The translations under genes were made by a program, and so were the position numbers. Positions 24,854 to 35,524 of a stretch of DNA of 44,469 bases are shown one piece after another. Every line of letters begins with the position of its first letter. The first letter of the stretch is position 1. This DNA comes from Octopus bimaculoides (Eukaryota). The stretch is from contig NC_068990.1 of NCBI RefSeq assembly GCF_001194135.2, forward strand, positions 17,874,189 to 17,918,657, in the 5' to 3' direction. The notes beneath the pieces were generated by a model. That model did no database searches. It was not told the DNA's origin and was given only the letters and a program-made list of their open reading frames with translations.

Positions 24854-25720
24854 NNNNNNNNNNNNNNNNNNNNNNNNNNNNNNNNNNNNNNNNNNNNNNN
24901 NNNNNNNNNNNNNNNNNNNNNNNNNNNNNNNNNNNNNNNNNNNNNNNNNNNNNNNNNNNNNNNNNNNNNNNNNNNNNNNNNNNNNNNNNNNNNNNNNNNN
25001 NNNNNNNNNNNNNNNNNNNNNNNNNNNNNNNNNNNNNNNNNNNNNNNNNNNNNNNNNNNNNNNNNNNNNNNNNNNNNNNNNNNNNNNNNNNNNNNNNNNN
25101 NNNNNNNNNNNNNNNNNNNNNNNNNNNNNNNNNNNNNNNNNNNNNNNNNNNNNNNNNNNNNNNNNNNNNNNNNNNNNNNNNNNNNNNNNNNNNNNNNNNN
25201 NNNNNNNNNNNNNNNNNNNNNNNNNNNNNNNNNNNNNNNNNNNNNNNNNNNNNNNNNNNNNNNNNNNNNNNNNNNNNNNNNNNNNNNNNNNNNNNNNNNN
25301 NNNNNNNNNNNNNNNNNNNNNNNNNNNNNNNNNNNNNNNNNNNNNNNNNNNNNNNNNNNNNNNNNNNNNNNNNNNNNNNNNNNNNNNNNNNNNNNNNNNN
25401 NNNNNNNNNNNNNNNNNNNNNNNNNNNNNNNNNNNNNNNNNNNNNNNNNNNNNNNNNNNNNNNNNNNNNNNNNNNNNNNNNNNNNNNNNNNNNNNNNNNN
25501 NNNNNNNNNNNNNNNNNNNNNNNNNNNNNNNNNNNNNNNNNNNNNNNNNNNNNNNNNNNNNNNNNNNNNNNNNNNNNNNNNNNNNNNNNNNNNNNNNNNN
25601 NNNNNNNNNNNNNNNNNNNNNNNNNNNNNNNNNNNNNNNNNNNNNNNNNNNNNNNNNNNNNNNNNNNNNNNNNNNNNNNNNNNNNNNNNNNNNNNNNNNN
25701 NNNNNNNNNNNNNNNNNNNN

Positions 25721-25769
<49 letters not shown>

Positions 25770-26557
25770 CAGACAGACAGTTTATATGAATACTTGGTAT
25801 GTAGCCCGGTGCACCAATGACAATGAGAACAAATAAAAGTCTATATCAGTGGTTCTCAACCACATTTTTTTTTTCTTTGGGCCCCTTTGATTCTTATTTT
25901 ACTCTACTAGACTCCCTATAGCCAAGCAATGTTTAAAAAATTCTATTATATTCTTAAGATTATTAGGAACTGTAATATTATTAGAAACTGTAATAAAAAA
26001 TTATCAAACTATTTTGTATATTATAGAAGTATAACCAATTGCACATAAATCTTGATAACGAAATCTTATACGGAGCCCCAAGGGTCACATGGACCCTACT
26101 TAAGAACCACTGGTCTGTATCCTGGATATAAGAGCTGTAGGTTTCTCATCATTTCTACACAGATGTTTTTCTTTCCCCCAAATTTTGAAGTGATATTCAC
26201 ATCCATTAGACAGCTGATCTCTACAACAGTGAACAACTTTTGTTCCCTGTCTTATACAATCATATTTGGTCTGCTGTACTTACAACATCAGGTTGCAGTT
26301 TTTATTGGAATGTTCGACCAGTTTTCTTTGTTCATAAAGATGTAGATATTTTCTAGTTCTGGTGTGCCTTTGCTATGGCCATCAGGACAATCTTCCCTGT
26401 GTATAGTATTGTAGACTGTCTTAGCACCAATGTCAAGTCTCATGGGAAGGTAGTATCTTGCAGACAATTTTGGACAGATACTGATGATACTGATGATATC
26501 TTCCACACTTGTATGGCTCAATTGACATGTTCTTTCACCTCTTGGAGAGTTAGACGC

Positions 26558-26588
<31 letters not shown>

Positions 26589-26760
26589 CGTATGTATGTA
26601 TGTATGTATGTACGTATGTATGTACATATGTATGTATGCATGCATGCATGCATGTCATATTTTTGTATGTATGTGGCTGGCTACCTACCTATCTGTCTGT
26701 CTGTCTGTTTATCTGTCTGCTTGTCAATTTGCATGAACAAACATGTATATGGAGAACGTT

Positions 26761-26829
<69 letters not shown>

Positions 26830-29011
26830 CAAATTCCTCCAAACTGTGACAGTCTTTGAGTGTGTCTCTAGTGAGAGTGACATCATGCCACCCAACATAT
26901 TTGAACAGGGTCTTAGGCTCAATTCAAACAGCTACTGTATGTGAAGCCCTGGCTGCAGAGGGTTGCTGCTGGAAGGCCATATGTGTGCAACAAGATTCGG
27001 CTCCTTGCCATACTACTGAAAAGAATCAGAAGTGGCTGTAGAATTTCTGTGACTTTACCAACCCCAACTTCTGGCATCCTAATTCTCCTCCAACTGTAAT
27101 CCCATGGATTACTATGTATGGAGTGTCATTGAGAAAGACATAACTGCTCTGCTTACAACACCAAGCCTTGGCTGGTAGCCAAGATCAAGGAGGTGTTTGA
27201 TGATCTTTCCAGGGACGTAGTGAGAAACACATGCACCAGATTCCAGAGCTCTCTTGAGGTCACCATGGAAGCTGAGGATGGCTACTTTGAGTAAACTGTT
27301 AACTCCCAGCCATATTTGATATTTTTCAACTTGATATTTTTGATATTTGATAGATTTCAATTTTTTTTTTATAGTTGTGTAGTTAAGAATGTTATTTCAT
27401 AACCGCAAAGCTTCTCAACACTACTAAAAGCATTTAGCTGGCATATCAAGCTGGCATTATTAAAAAATAATACATTTCATTGTTACCAAGGTCCCAATGA
27501 AAGGGGAAAATATTTACTTTGCCAAAAAAGTAGATGGTTTCAAGATTGAACAGTAAGAGTATTTTCCTACAAAATGAGGCTATTATGGGATAGAAATAAA
27601 ACAATGTCTAATAGAGTGCTGGTTAGATATTATAAAACATCTTGAATAGCGCTGTCATTATTGAAGTTTGATCCAAAATACTTTAGTTAAAATCCTAACA
27701 TAAACAAAGCATAGCAGTTAACTACTCAGGTATATCAAATGTTTATGAAAGTTAGAATGATTACATATTCTTTTCTGTGAAAGAATAGTTCCTTTTCATT
27801 GCATATCATTTTGTTGTGGTTGTGTCAAGGATGTAAAACTCAGTGAATAGACATACATTGTACAGATGAATACTTACAGAGAAGTATCCATTAACGAGAT
27901 GTGAGTTAGCAATGAGTTCAGTGACAAATTTACCATGCAGTTAGGGTTCCATGGAGCAGGCATTAGAAAACCTTGTCATACATAGACTATACAAGTAAAA
28001 TATGATCCTCCAACTCATCTATGAGGGCAAATATGATTCTAAATAAGAACTAACTTGGATGTGACAACCTGTCCAACTGTACTAACAGGGAAAGCAGATA
28101 TAAAATAATATATCTGAAAGTGTAGCTGCTAGTATAAGAATAGCCTGGGCAAAGTTTAGAGAGCTCTTACCCCTGCTGGCGACAAAGGGACTCTCACTCA
28201 GAGTAAAAGGCAGACTGTATGACGCATGCATACGAACAACCATGCTACATGGCAGTGAAACATGGGCTGTAACTGCTGAGGACATACGTAAGCTCGCAAG
28301 GAATGAAGCCAGTATGCTCCGTTGGATGTGTAATGTCAATGTGAATACCCGTCAGAGTGTAAGTATCTTGAGAGAAAAGCTGAACATTAGAAGCATCAGT
28401 TGTGGCGTGCAAGAGAGACGATTGCGCTGGTATGGACATGTGGTGAGAATGGNNNNNNNNNNNNNNNNNNNNNNNNNNNNNNNNNNNNNNNNNNNNNNNN
28501 NNNNNNNNNNNNNNNNNNNNNNNNNNNNNNNNNNNNNNNNNNNNNNNNNNNNNNNNNNNNNNNNNNNNNNNNNNNNNNNNNNNNNNNNNNNNNNNNNNNN
28601 NNNNNNNNNNNNNNNNNNNNNNNNNNNNNNNNNNNNNNNNNNNNNNNNNNNNNNNNNNNNNNNNNNNNNNNNNNNNNNNNNNNNNNNNNNNNNNNNNNNN
28701 NNNNNNNNNNNNNNNNNNNNNNNNNNNNNNNNNNNNNNNNNNNNNNNNNNNNNNNNNNNNNNNNNNNNNNNNNNNNNNNNNNNNNNNNNNNNNNNNNNNN
28801 NNNNNNNNNNNNNNNNNNNNNNNNNNNNNNNNNNNNNNNNNNNNNNNNNNNNNNNNNNNNNNNNNNNNNNNNNNNNNNNNNNNNNNNNNNNNNNNNNNNN
28901 NNNNNNNNNNNNNNNNNNNNNNNNNNNNNNNNNNNNNNNNNNNNNNNNNNNNNNNNNNNNNNNNNNNNNNNNNNNNNNNNNNNNNNNNNNNNNNNNAAAC
29001 GATGATGATGA

Positions 29012-29052
<41 letters not shown>

Positions 29053-31192
29053 GTTAATGCTTGATTTTATGTTCACTTATGACATAAACAATTTTACATA
29101 AATCTAATGGATAACTGTATACTTTTGTAGACTATGAATTTTTTATTCTTAAACAAGAAGGTTGTTAACTGTATCGTCAAAGTTTAAGCCTGTTAAGCCA
29201 TCATCAGAAGATGGTTTAAGTGGCTGAAACTTTGAAGTCACTGTCAACAACATTTTTGTTTACGAATAAGAAATATTTATATATGAATATGTGTGTGTGT
29301 GTACTTTTATTAAAGCTGAAAAAAATCTTCACAAACTGTTTTTCAGAGGTTATGTGACTATTTGTCAAACAGCTGTGATCATACTAAAAGGCTTTTTAGA
29401 ATGATCACAAACATCTGATGAATGGTAACAGTTTGTGAAAATCTTTTCAGCTTTAATAAAGTATATACACATTCCAGAATGTTGTTAATGACTTTCAAGT
29501 TTTAGACAATTAAGCCATCATCTGATGATGGCTTGTACCATTTTCCTCCACCTTGTTTTGCATTTATGTGATTTTATATATATATATATACATATATATA
29601 TATAAAATCTATTGGTTTCCTAATAAGAAACCATTAATATTATATATGGAAATGTGCTGTGCGTGAGAAGACCCGGCAAGCCAAGTAAGATCGTTGCCAG
29701 TGCCCCTGGACTGGTTCTTGTGCGGGTGGCACATGAGATGCACCATTTTGAGCGTGGCCGTTGCCAGTACCGCCTGACTGGCTCCCGTAGGATTTTCGAG
29801 CGAGATCGTTGCCAGTGCCCCTGGACTGGCTTGTGCGGGTGGCACATAAAAGACACCATTTCGAGCGTGGCTGTTTTCGTGCGGGTGACACGTAAAAGCA
29901 CCCACTNNNNNNNNNNNNNNNNNNNNNNNNNNNNNNNNNNNNNNNNNNNNNNNNNNNNNNNNNNNNNNNNNNNNNNNNNNNNNNNNNNNNNNNNNNNNNN
30001 NNNNNNNNNNNNNNNNNNNNNNNNNNNNNNNNNNNNNNNNNNNNNNNNNNNNNNNNNNNNNNNNNNNNNNNNNNNNNNNNNNNNNNNNNNNNNNNNNNNN
30101 NNNNNNNNNNNNNNNNNNNNNNNNNNNNNNNNNNNNNNNNNNNNNNNNNNNNNNNNNNNNNNNNNNNNNNNNNNNNNNNNNNNNNNNNNNNNNNNNNNNN
30201 NNNNNNNNNNNNNNNNNNNNNNNNNNNNNNNNNNNNNNNNNNNNNNNNNNNNNNNNNNNNNNNNNNNNNNNNNNNNNNNNNNNNNNNNNNNNNNNNNNNN
30301 NNNNNNNNNNNNNNNNNNNNNNNNNNNNNNNNNNNNNNNNNNNNNNNNNNNNNNNNNNNNNNNNNNNNNNNNNNNNNNNNNNNNNNNNNNNNNNNNNNNN
30401 NNNNNNNNNNNNNNNNNNNNNNNNNNNNNNNNNNNNNNNNNNNNNNNNNNNNNNNNNNNNNNNNNNNNNNNNNNNNNNNNNNNAAATTACAGGTAAAAAC
30501 TCAATTATATGTGACAGTGGATTTTCATCGATGAGTTCATGAACCTTGGCTCTTTTCCCTAAAACTATGTATGTATATATATATATAGGTGCAGGCACAG
30601 CTGTGTGGTAAGAAGTTTGCATCTCAACTACATGGTTCTGGGTTCAGTCCCACTATGTGGCACCTTGGGCAAGTGTCTTCTCCTATATCCTTAGACTGAC
30701 CAAAGAGGTGCATGGCTTAATGGTTAAGGTATTGGACTCATGATTGGAAAGTTGTGGTTTTGAATCCTGGATCAAGCAATGCATTGTGTTCTTGAGCAAG
30801 ATACTTCATTTCATGTTGCTCCAGTCCACTCAGTTGGTAAAAATGAGTATTGCTGTGACAGACTATCATCTTGTCCAGGAGGGAAGATATATGCCACAAA
30901 AACTGGAAATCTGGCCTTATGAGTCTATATGGCCCAGGAAGGAGCAATACATGCATACATCAATTTAAATGCAGGGCTGCATTTAAATTGATGTAATGAT
31001 TGCGCTGTTCACTTAAATGGAGTCACTTGGGACAGTTGTACTGCATCACTTCTTGATATCCTGGTGCTTATTTTGATTTTATTCACCATACTTCGAGCTG
31101 TGCAGATAATACCGGACTCACTTGGTGCTTCAACTCAAGTACCTAATTCAACTAAATCTGAATTATTTCTACATATATATGTGTATACATAC

Positions 31193-31277
<85 letters not shown>

Positions 31278-31629
31278 TGCATGTGTGCATTTGTATGTTG
31301 GTTTGCATTAGCATTCTACAAAAGTTGCAATGAGTTGTTATTCAGCTTTTTCTGTTAACAATTTATCTGTTTGCTTTGCAACATCACAGATGTATAAAAT
31401 AAGGGATTTGCATGAAAAAAGATAAAAGTTAGTGACAGCAAAGGCATCCAGCTGTAAAAAGAATGTCTCAATAATATATTTGTCTAACCCATGAAAGTAT
31501 GAAAGAATAGATATAAAACAAATGAGTGATGTATGTGTGTGTGCATATAAAAGGTGTAAGTTACTTACCTACAACGTATAATGCCAGTAAAGATAGCAAT
31601 AAGCTGCCTAATACTTGAAGTAACATCAT
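6786..31629 (-). CDS. GH18 chitinase (chitotriosidase/AMCase-like), catalytic domain only; multi-exon gene with one exon missing from the assembly
   Basis: Seven exons (31629-31569, 19684-19489, 14482-14230, 12402-12276, 11215-11030, 7468-7349, 6914-6786), all with GT-AG junctions. Phases are compatible except for one missing 3n+2 exon. Motifs seen: [33 protein letters not shown], VWxxxLDDF. Confidence 0.95.
7349..7468 (-). CDS. Chitinase exon (ICQMIK...[13 protein letters not shown])
   Basis: Acceptor TTCTTTCAG|ATT and donor AAA|GTGAGT; 120 nt. Confidence 0.95.
7504..7672 (-). mobile_element. (GAT)n-tailed RTE-associated SINE or non-autonomous element (family B), 3' portion
   Basis: Sense end ...CCATGCTAGCATGGAAAGCGGACGTTAAACGATGATGAT and internal GGCGTTAGGAAGGGCATCCAGCTGTAGAAAC. 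Other copies at about 120-290, 4910-5185, 7810-8060, 14640-14985, 18380-18770, 22770-23085, 29640-29906, 32215-32460 and 35518-35780. Confidence 0.8.
11030..11215 (-). CDS. Chitinase exon (NWSANYW...YGRGF...FLSYYE)
   Basis: Acceptor ATACAG|AAC and donor GAG|GTAAGA; 186 nt. Confidence 0.95.
11535..11959. mobile_element. hAT-type MITE, 425 bp
   Basis: Termini CAGTGCTGGATTA and TTAATCCAGCCCTG. Perfect 8-bp TSD TTGAGACA at 11527-11534 and 11960-11967. Confidence 0.88.
12276..12402 (-). CDS. Chitinase exon ([15 protein letters not shown]...KTFNM)
   Basis: Acceptor TTTACAG|T and donor ATG|GTATAA; 127 nt. Confidence 0.95.
13229..13600. other. Assembly gap probably hiding a chitinase exon of about 125 nt
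   Basis: The exon ending at 14230 is phase 0 and the exon starting at 12402 needs phase 2. The roughly 40-aa helix/strand segment between them was not found in the sequenced part of 12403-14229. Confidence 0.7.
14230..14482 (-). CDS. Chitinase catalytic exon (SVGGW...[11 protein letters not shown]...LMQ)
   Basis: Acceptor TTTTTAAG|G and donor CAG|GTATAG; 253 nt. DxxDxDxE with the catalytic Glu is intact. Confidence 0.97.
17190..17830 (-). mobile_element. Longest family-B copy, with internal tandem modules
   Basis: Repeated TTTTACGTGCCAC modules and a duplicated roughly 95-bp module (17665-17830), plus the (GAT) tail end at about 17190. Confidence 0.75.
19489..19684 (-). CDS. Chitinase exon ([11 protein letters not shown]...[12 protein letters not shown])
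   Basis: Acceptor TTTCAG|AT and donor AT|GTAGGT; 196 nt, phase 1 to phase 2. Confidence 0.95.
20010..20344 (-). mobile_element. Full-length tRNA-derived CORE-like SINE (family D)
   Basis: tRNA-like head GGTGCATGGCTTAGTGGTTAGGG...GATTTCGATTCCC and CCTTGAGCAA segment. 12-bp TSD CACTTGAATGTA at 19998-20009 and 20345-20356. Relatives at 30706-30960 and 11970-12140. Confidence 0.85.
21635..22290 (+). mobile_element. 5'-truncated CRE-clade non-LTR retrotransposon (RLE endonuclease end)
   Basis: The ORF encodes [34 protein letters not shown]...AERNKILKY...GNAASML, the typical CRE C-terminus (RPDG...WDVT...K..KY...GNA). It is followed by a T-rich UTR and a short A tail near 22278-22286. Confidence 0.8.
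22990..23085. repeat. Compound (GAT)n/(GGT)n microsatellite
   Basis: Seen directly; it is the expanded tail of a family-B element. Many other (CA)n, (TA)n, (GA)n, (TATG)n and (TCTA)n runs occur, e.g. 2153-2192, 14510-14557 and 26762-26827. Confidence 0.95.
23513..24268 (+). mobile_element. CR1-clade LINE 3' end, decayed
   Basis: [10 protein letters not shown]...[13 protein letters not shown]...TRGHVYKV...[14 protein letters not shown] with in-frame stops; ends in an (ATT)n tail at about 24256-24268. Confidence 0.9.
25781..26556 (-). mobile_element. Decayed RLE-type (R4-like, second family) LINE fragment, interrupted by the hAT MITE
   Basis: Hand translation gives [32 protein letters not shown] (degenerate CCHC finger plus RHD), then [20 protein letters not shown]...LQLLYPGYR|[13 protein letters not shown]. 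Confidence 0.72.
25847..26112. mobile_element. hAT-Charlie-type MITE, 266 bp
   Basis: Termini CAGTGGTTCTCAA and TTAAGAACCACTG. 8-bp TSD GTCTATAT/GTCTGTAT (7 of 8 match), resembling the Charlie NTCTAGAN preference. Confidence 0.88.
26828..27295 (+). mobile_element. Tc1/mariner DD37D (maT)-type transposase relic
   Basis: [21 protein letters not shown]...[17 protein letters not shown]...[13 protein letters not shown]...EAEDGYFE*, with frameshifts and stops. Confidence 0.85.
28111..29015 (+). mobile_element. RTE-clade LINE 3' portion spanning a gap
   Basis: [44 protein letters not shown]...[12 protein letters not shown]. After the gap the sequence resumes AAACGATGATGATG, the same tail as family B. 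Confidence 0.88.
29161..29535. repeat. Nested foldback element with hammerhead-like units
   Basis: A 91-bp palindrome at 29161-29251, arms shared with 29478-29535, and inner inverted arms at 29300-29340/29427-29465 and 29374-29409. Confidence 0.7.
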
Positions 31630-31644
31630 GATATTGCTGGAGAT
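31569..31644 (-). CDS. Chitinase signal-peptide exon (ATG at 31629)
   Basis: The minus strand reads TTTTTCCAG|ATCTCCAGCAATATC-ATG...GTA G|GTAAGT and encodes [20 protein letters not shown] plus 1 nt. The phase-1 G joins AT of the 19684 exon, giving ...[15 protein letters not shown]. Too short for the ORF track. The upstream acceptor implies a further 5' UTR exon. Confidence 0.8.
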
Positions 31645-32849
31645 CTGGAAAAATTAACAAGTAGGATGGATTCTCTGTTACTTATTAGTGCTGTTTATCT
31701 AATCATATTGATGGGAAAGTACAGCTGAATCACAAAAGCAAAGGCAGACAGACAGGTAGAGAGAGAGAGGGGGGGAGAGGGAGAGAGAGATTTGGGGTAG
31801 TAGATAAGGCAAAGTGTGTGAAAGTAAAGAGAGGACAGAACAAAAAGAAATAAAAAAAACTTTAGCAAAACAAAGACAAACAGCACATCTACATGCATAT
31901 ATACGCATACACACACACACACGAATGCATGTAGACATGCTTACACACAAACAAACACAAAGGATGAGATAAATGAGGCCAAACATTAATTAGATTAAGA
32001 CAAGAGGGGAAGAACTTCTAAACACTAATTGCTTTAATGGGGGGGATTTAAACCTTGTGATGTCATTCATTGTGAGCATGTGAGCTTTAATTTTGTTTCT
32101 TCTTATTATTAATTATCATCATCATTGTAATCATCATCATCATTGAAATAGATTAATTAAAAAATATAAAAATTAGAGAAATCTTTTTTTATTGAATTAT
32201 TGTTCTTCATTATCATCATCCTTCTCCTCCTCTTCCAATGTCTGTCTTCTGTGCTGGCATGGGTTGGATGGTTTGATAGTAGCTGGCAAGCCAGAGCACT
32301 GTACTAAACTCTGTTGGTTGATTTGGCATGGTTTCTATGGTTGGATGCCCGTCCTAATGCCAGTCACTTTACAGAGTGTACTGGGTGCTTTTTATGTGAC
32401 ACCAGCACTGGTGAGGACACCAAGTAACTTGCAAGTCAAGACAAAGTCCCTCAACTGAGAGGGAGAAATGGCAATAAATGTGGTGGCTTTGTGTCAAGTA
32501 ATGAGAAGTTAAAGTAAGATAGTGGGGCAGAAGAGGTGCAATGGTTACTCCAGTTAGAGAGAGACAGAGAGAGAGAAAGAGAGGGAGAGAGAGGGGAAAA
32601 GAGAGAGAGGATGGTGATGGCTATGGGCCAGATCATACTCTCATACTCTCAAGATACAAGGCAGTGAATGTAAATGGAGTGGTAGTGGATTGGGCAAAGT
32701 GTGTGACCAGGGAGTTCATGAGAGGGAAAAGGGGTAAGAGGAGGCAAAAAGGAATGCAATGAGTGGAGAAACACAAGTATATAGAGGAGCAACAGACTTG
32801 CAATGATACAGTTGACAGTCGGGAGAACAGAAGAGAAGGATGACAGAGT

Positions 32850-33345
32850 GCTGTTGGGCTTCAACATTGTGGTCAATACTCACAAGTTTGTCATTACAAA
32901 GTCTACACTTTGTGTCTACCTCATTGTGTGTGACATTAGCTTGATAGTTCCATGTGAGGGGACTCTGGTCTTGTGCTATTAGGATGAATCCTTCTGTTTC
33001 GGCTTTCAAACCAATACTCTGCAACCACTGATGGGTTCTTCTTATATCTACATCAGCTTTCCTAGCCTGTTTAGGGCATTGCACATGCAATGGTTTTTCT
33101 TTCTACAGTCTTCCTATTTCTTTCAAACTTTCCTGTTTGACTTTTGTTTTACATTCTTTTGTTGCCTTAGTGGGTGGTGTGTCCTCCTTATCATCAACAT
33201 AAACAGGCAGGTTAAGCTCTTGTCTGTTTTTATATGCCTCATTTGAGATTGAGTACAGTTTTCTTAATCTGTTCACGCTGCCTTGCCAGCTGTATCATCC
33301 AGTCGGTGTTATTTTGAATGTACACTTGAAGTCATATCGTGGTTG

Positions 33346-33346
<1 letters not shown>
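32850..33346 (-). mobile_element. Older R4/Dong-family fragment
   Basis: KADVDIRRTHQWLQSIGLKAETEGFILIAQDQS...KCRLCND, with frameshifts; truncated at both ends. Confidence 0.8.
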
Positions 33347-33390
<44 letters not shown>

Positions 33391-34969
33391 GTTCAGTAGT
33401 TTTATTTTTATAATGTGCTTTCACTTCACTACCGAGCACAGCTCTGTGCGCCTTGGGTATGCGTTGTGGTTTGCTGTGGTGCTCTTATGTTTACTGTATT
33501 GAAAGTGTTTTGCGTAGAATGTGTGCAGTACCCAGTAGTGCAATTTTCTGTATGTTATATATATTTGTAAGTCCTGGTGTTTTTGTTATGTATTTGTCTG
33601 AATATTTTTTTATTATACCTAAGGCACCTACTATGATAGGAATTGTTTCTGTTTTTAGATTCCACATTCGAGTTATCTCTATTTCCAGGTCTTTGTATTT
33701 TGAAAGTTTTTCCATTTCTTTTAGAGAAACGTTGTCATCTGCTGATATTGATACATCAATTAGAAAGCATTTTTTTTCTTCATGATCTTTGACAACTACA
33801 TCTGGTCTATTTGCCTTAATTTCTCTATCTGTGTGTATTGGCATATCCCAGAGTATGGTTGCTTTCTCATTTTCTGTAATATTTTCTGGCGTGTGTTTAT
33901 ACCATCTTTTTTCTGTGGTTATTCCATAGTGTTGGCATAGCTTCCAGTGTATATAGGTCCCAGCTCTGTCGTGTCTGTGAATATATTCCTTCTTAGCCAG
34001 GACTGGGCAGCCAGAGATAATATGATTTATTGTTTCTTGTCGATCTCCACATATTCTACAGTTACTTGATATGTTTCTTTTCATTATGTGTTTTTGGTAA
34101 TTTCTGGTGGGGANNNNNNNNNNNNNNNNNNNNNNNNNNNNNNNNNNNNNNNNNNNNNNNNNNNNNNNNNNNNNNNNNNNNNNNNNNNNNNNNNNNNNNN
34201 NNNNNNNNNNNNNNNNNNNNNNNNNNNNNNNNNNNNNNNNNNNNNNNNNNNNNNNNNNNNNNNNNNNNNNNNNNNNNNNNNNNNNNNNNNNNNNNNNNNN
34301 NNNNNNNNNNNNNNNNNNNNNNNNNNNNNNNNNNNNNNNNNNNNNNNNNNNNNNNNNNNNNNNNNNNNNNNNNNNNNNNNNNNNNNNNNNNNNNNNNNNN
34401 NNNNNNNNNNNNNNNNNNNNNNNNNNNNNNNNNNNNNNNNNNNNNNNNNNNNNNNNNNNNNNNNNNNNNNNNNNNNNNNNNNNNNNNNNNNNNNNNNNNN
34501 NNNNNNNNNNNNNNNNNNNNNNNNNNNNNNNNNNNNNNNNNNNNNNNNNNNNNNNNNNNNNNNNNNNNNNNNNNNNNNNNNNNNNNNNNNNNNNNNNNNN
34601 NNNNNNNNNNNNNNNNNNNNNNNNNNNNNNNNNNNNNNNNNNNNNNNNNNNNNNNNNNNNNNNNNNNNNNNNNNNNNNNNNNNNNNNNNNNNNNNNNNNN
34701 NNNNNNNNNNNNNNNNNNNNNNNNNNNNNNNNNNNNNNTGCCACCTTCTGTGCGTTGTATATATAGCCTTTCTATGTCAGATTTTGGGTGGTGCATCCTA
34801 TATCCTGTCATTATTTTTCTTGTTTTCCTGTCTATTTTAGATAGTTCGTTTACTGTCCAGTTAAGGATGTTGTAGCTGTAGCTTATAACTGGGACAGCTA
34901 AAGTGTTGATACCCATTATCTTGTTTTTAGCATTGAGCTCTGTTTTTAGTATTGATCTAACTCGTCTAT

Positions 34970-34971
<2 letters not shown>
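33347..34971 (-). mobile_element. Young 5'-truncated R4/Dong-clade LINE
   Basis: RT C-terminus (YRRVRSILKTELNAKNKIMGINTLAVP), CCHC finger CRICGDRQETINHIISGC, RHD, NRPDVVVKD...LIDVS...KLSKYKDL, stop at 33491, 3' UTR and an (AAT)n tail at 33390-33347. Gap at 34114-34738. Confidence 0.93.
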
Positions 34972-35005
<34 letters not shown>

Positions 35006-35214
35006 GCTATTATTATGATTATTAAGGTGGTGAGCTGGCAGAATTGTTAGCGCTCAGGGTGAAATGGTTAGTGGTATATCGTCTGCTGTTATGTTCTGAG
35101 TTCAATTTCCACCTAGGTCAACTTTGCCTTTCATCCTTTCAGAGTTGATTGAATAAGTACCAGTTATGCACTCGGGTTGATGTAATTTGAGGCCTTATGC
35201 TTCCAGTAGAAAGG

Positions 35215-35247
<33 letters not shown>

Positions 35248-35328
35248 GTTAGAGAATCAGAAAAATTTCCCTGCAATTTTCATTCCAGCTCTTTTCATTC
35301 TACAAAGGTGATACATACATACATATAC

Positions 35329-35363
<35 letters not shown>

Positions 35364-35476
35364 ATTATTAATCATAGGGCAGCAAAAGAAATTTTAGAAA
35401 TTCAATTTACCACCAGTGGTCCAGCGAGAATAAAAAATTAGTCAACAGACTACATATATATTATATATATATAATG

Positions 35477-35524
<48 letters not shown>

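Noticed and set aside
14312-26849. HTHTHT, YIYIYI and CVCVCV low-complexity ORFs
   Set aside because: They are translations of (CA)n, (TA)n and (TG)n microsatellites.
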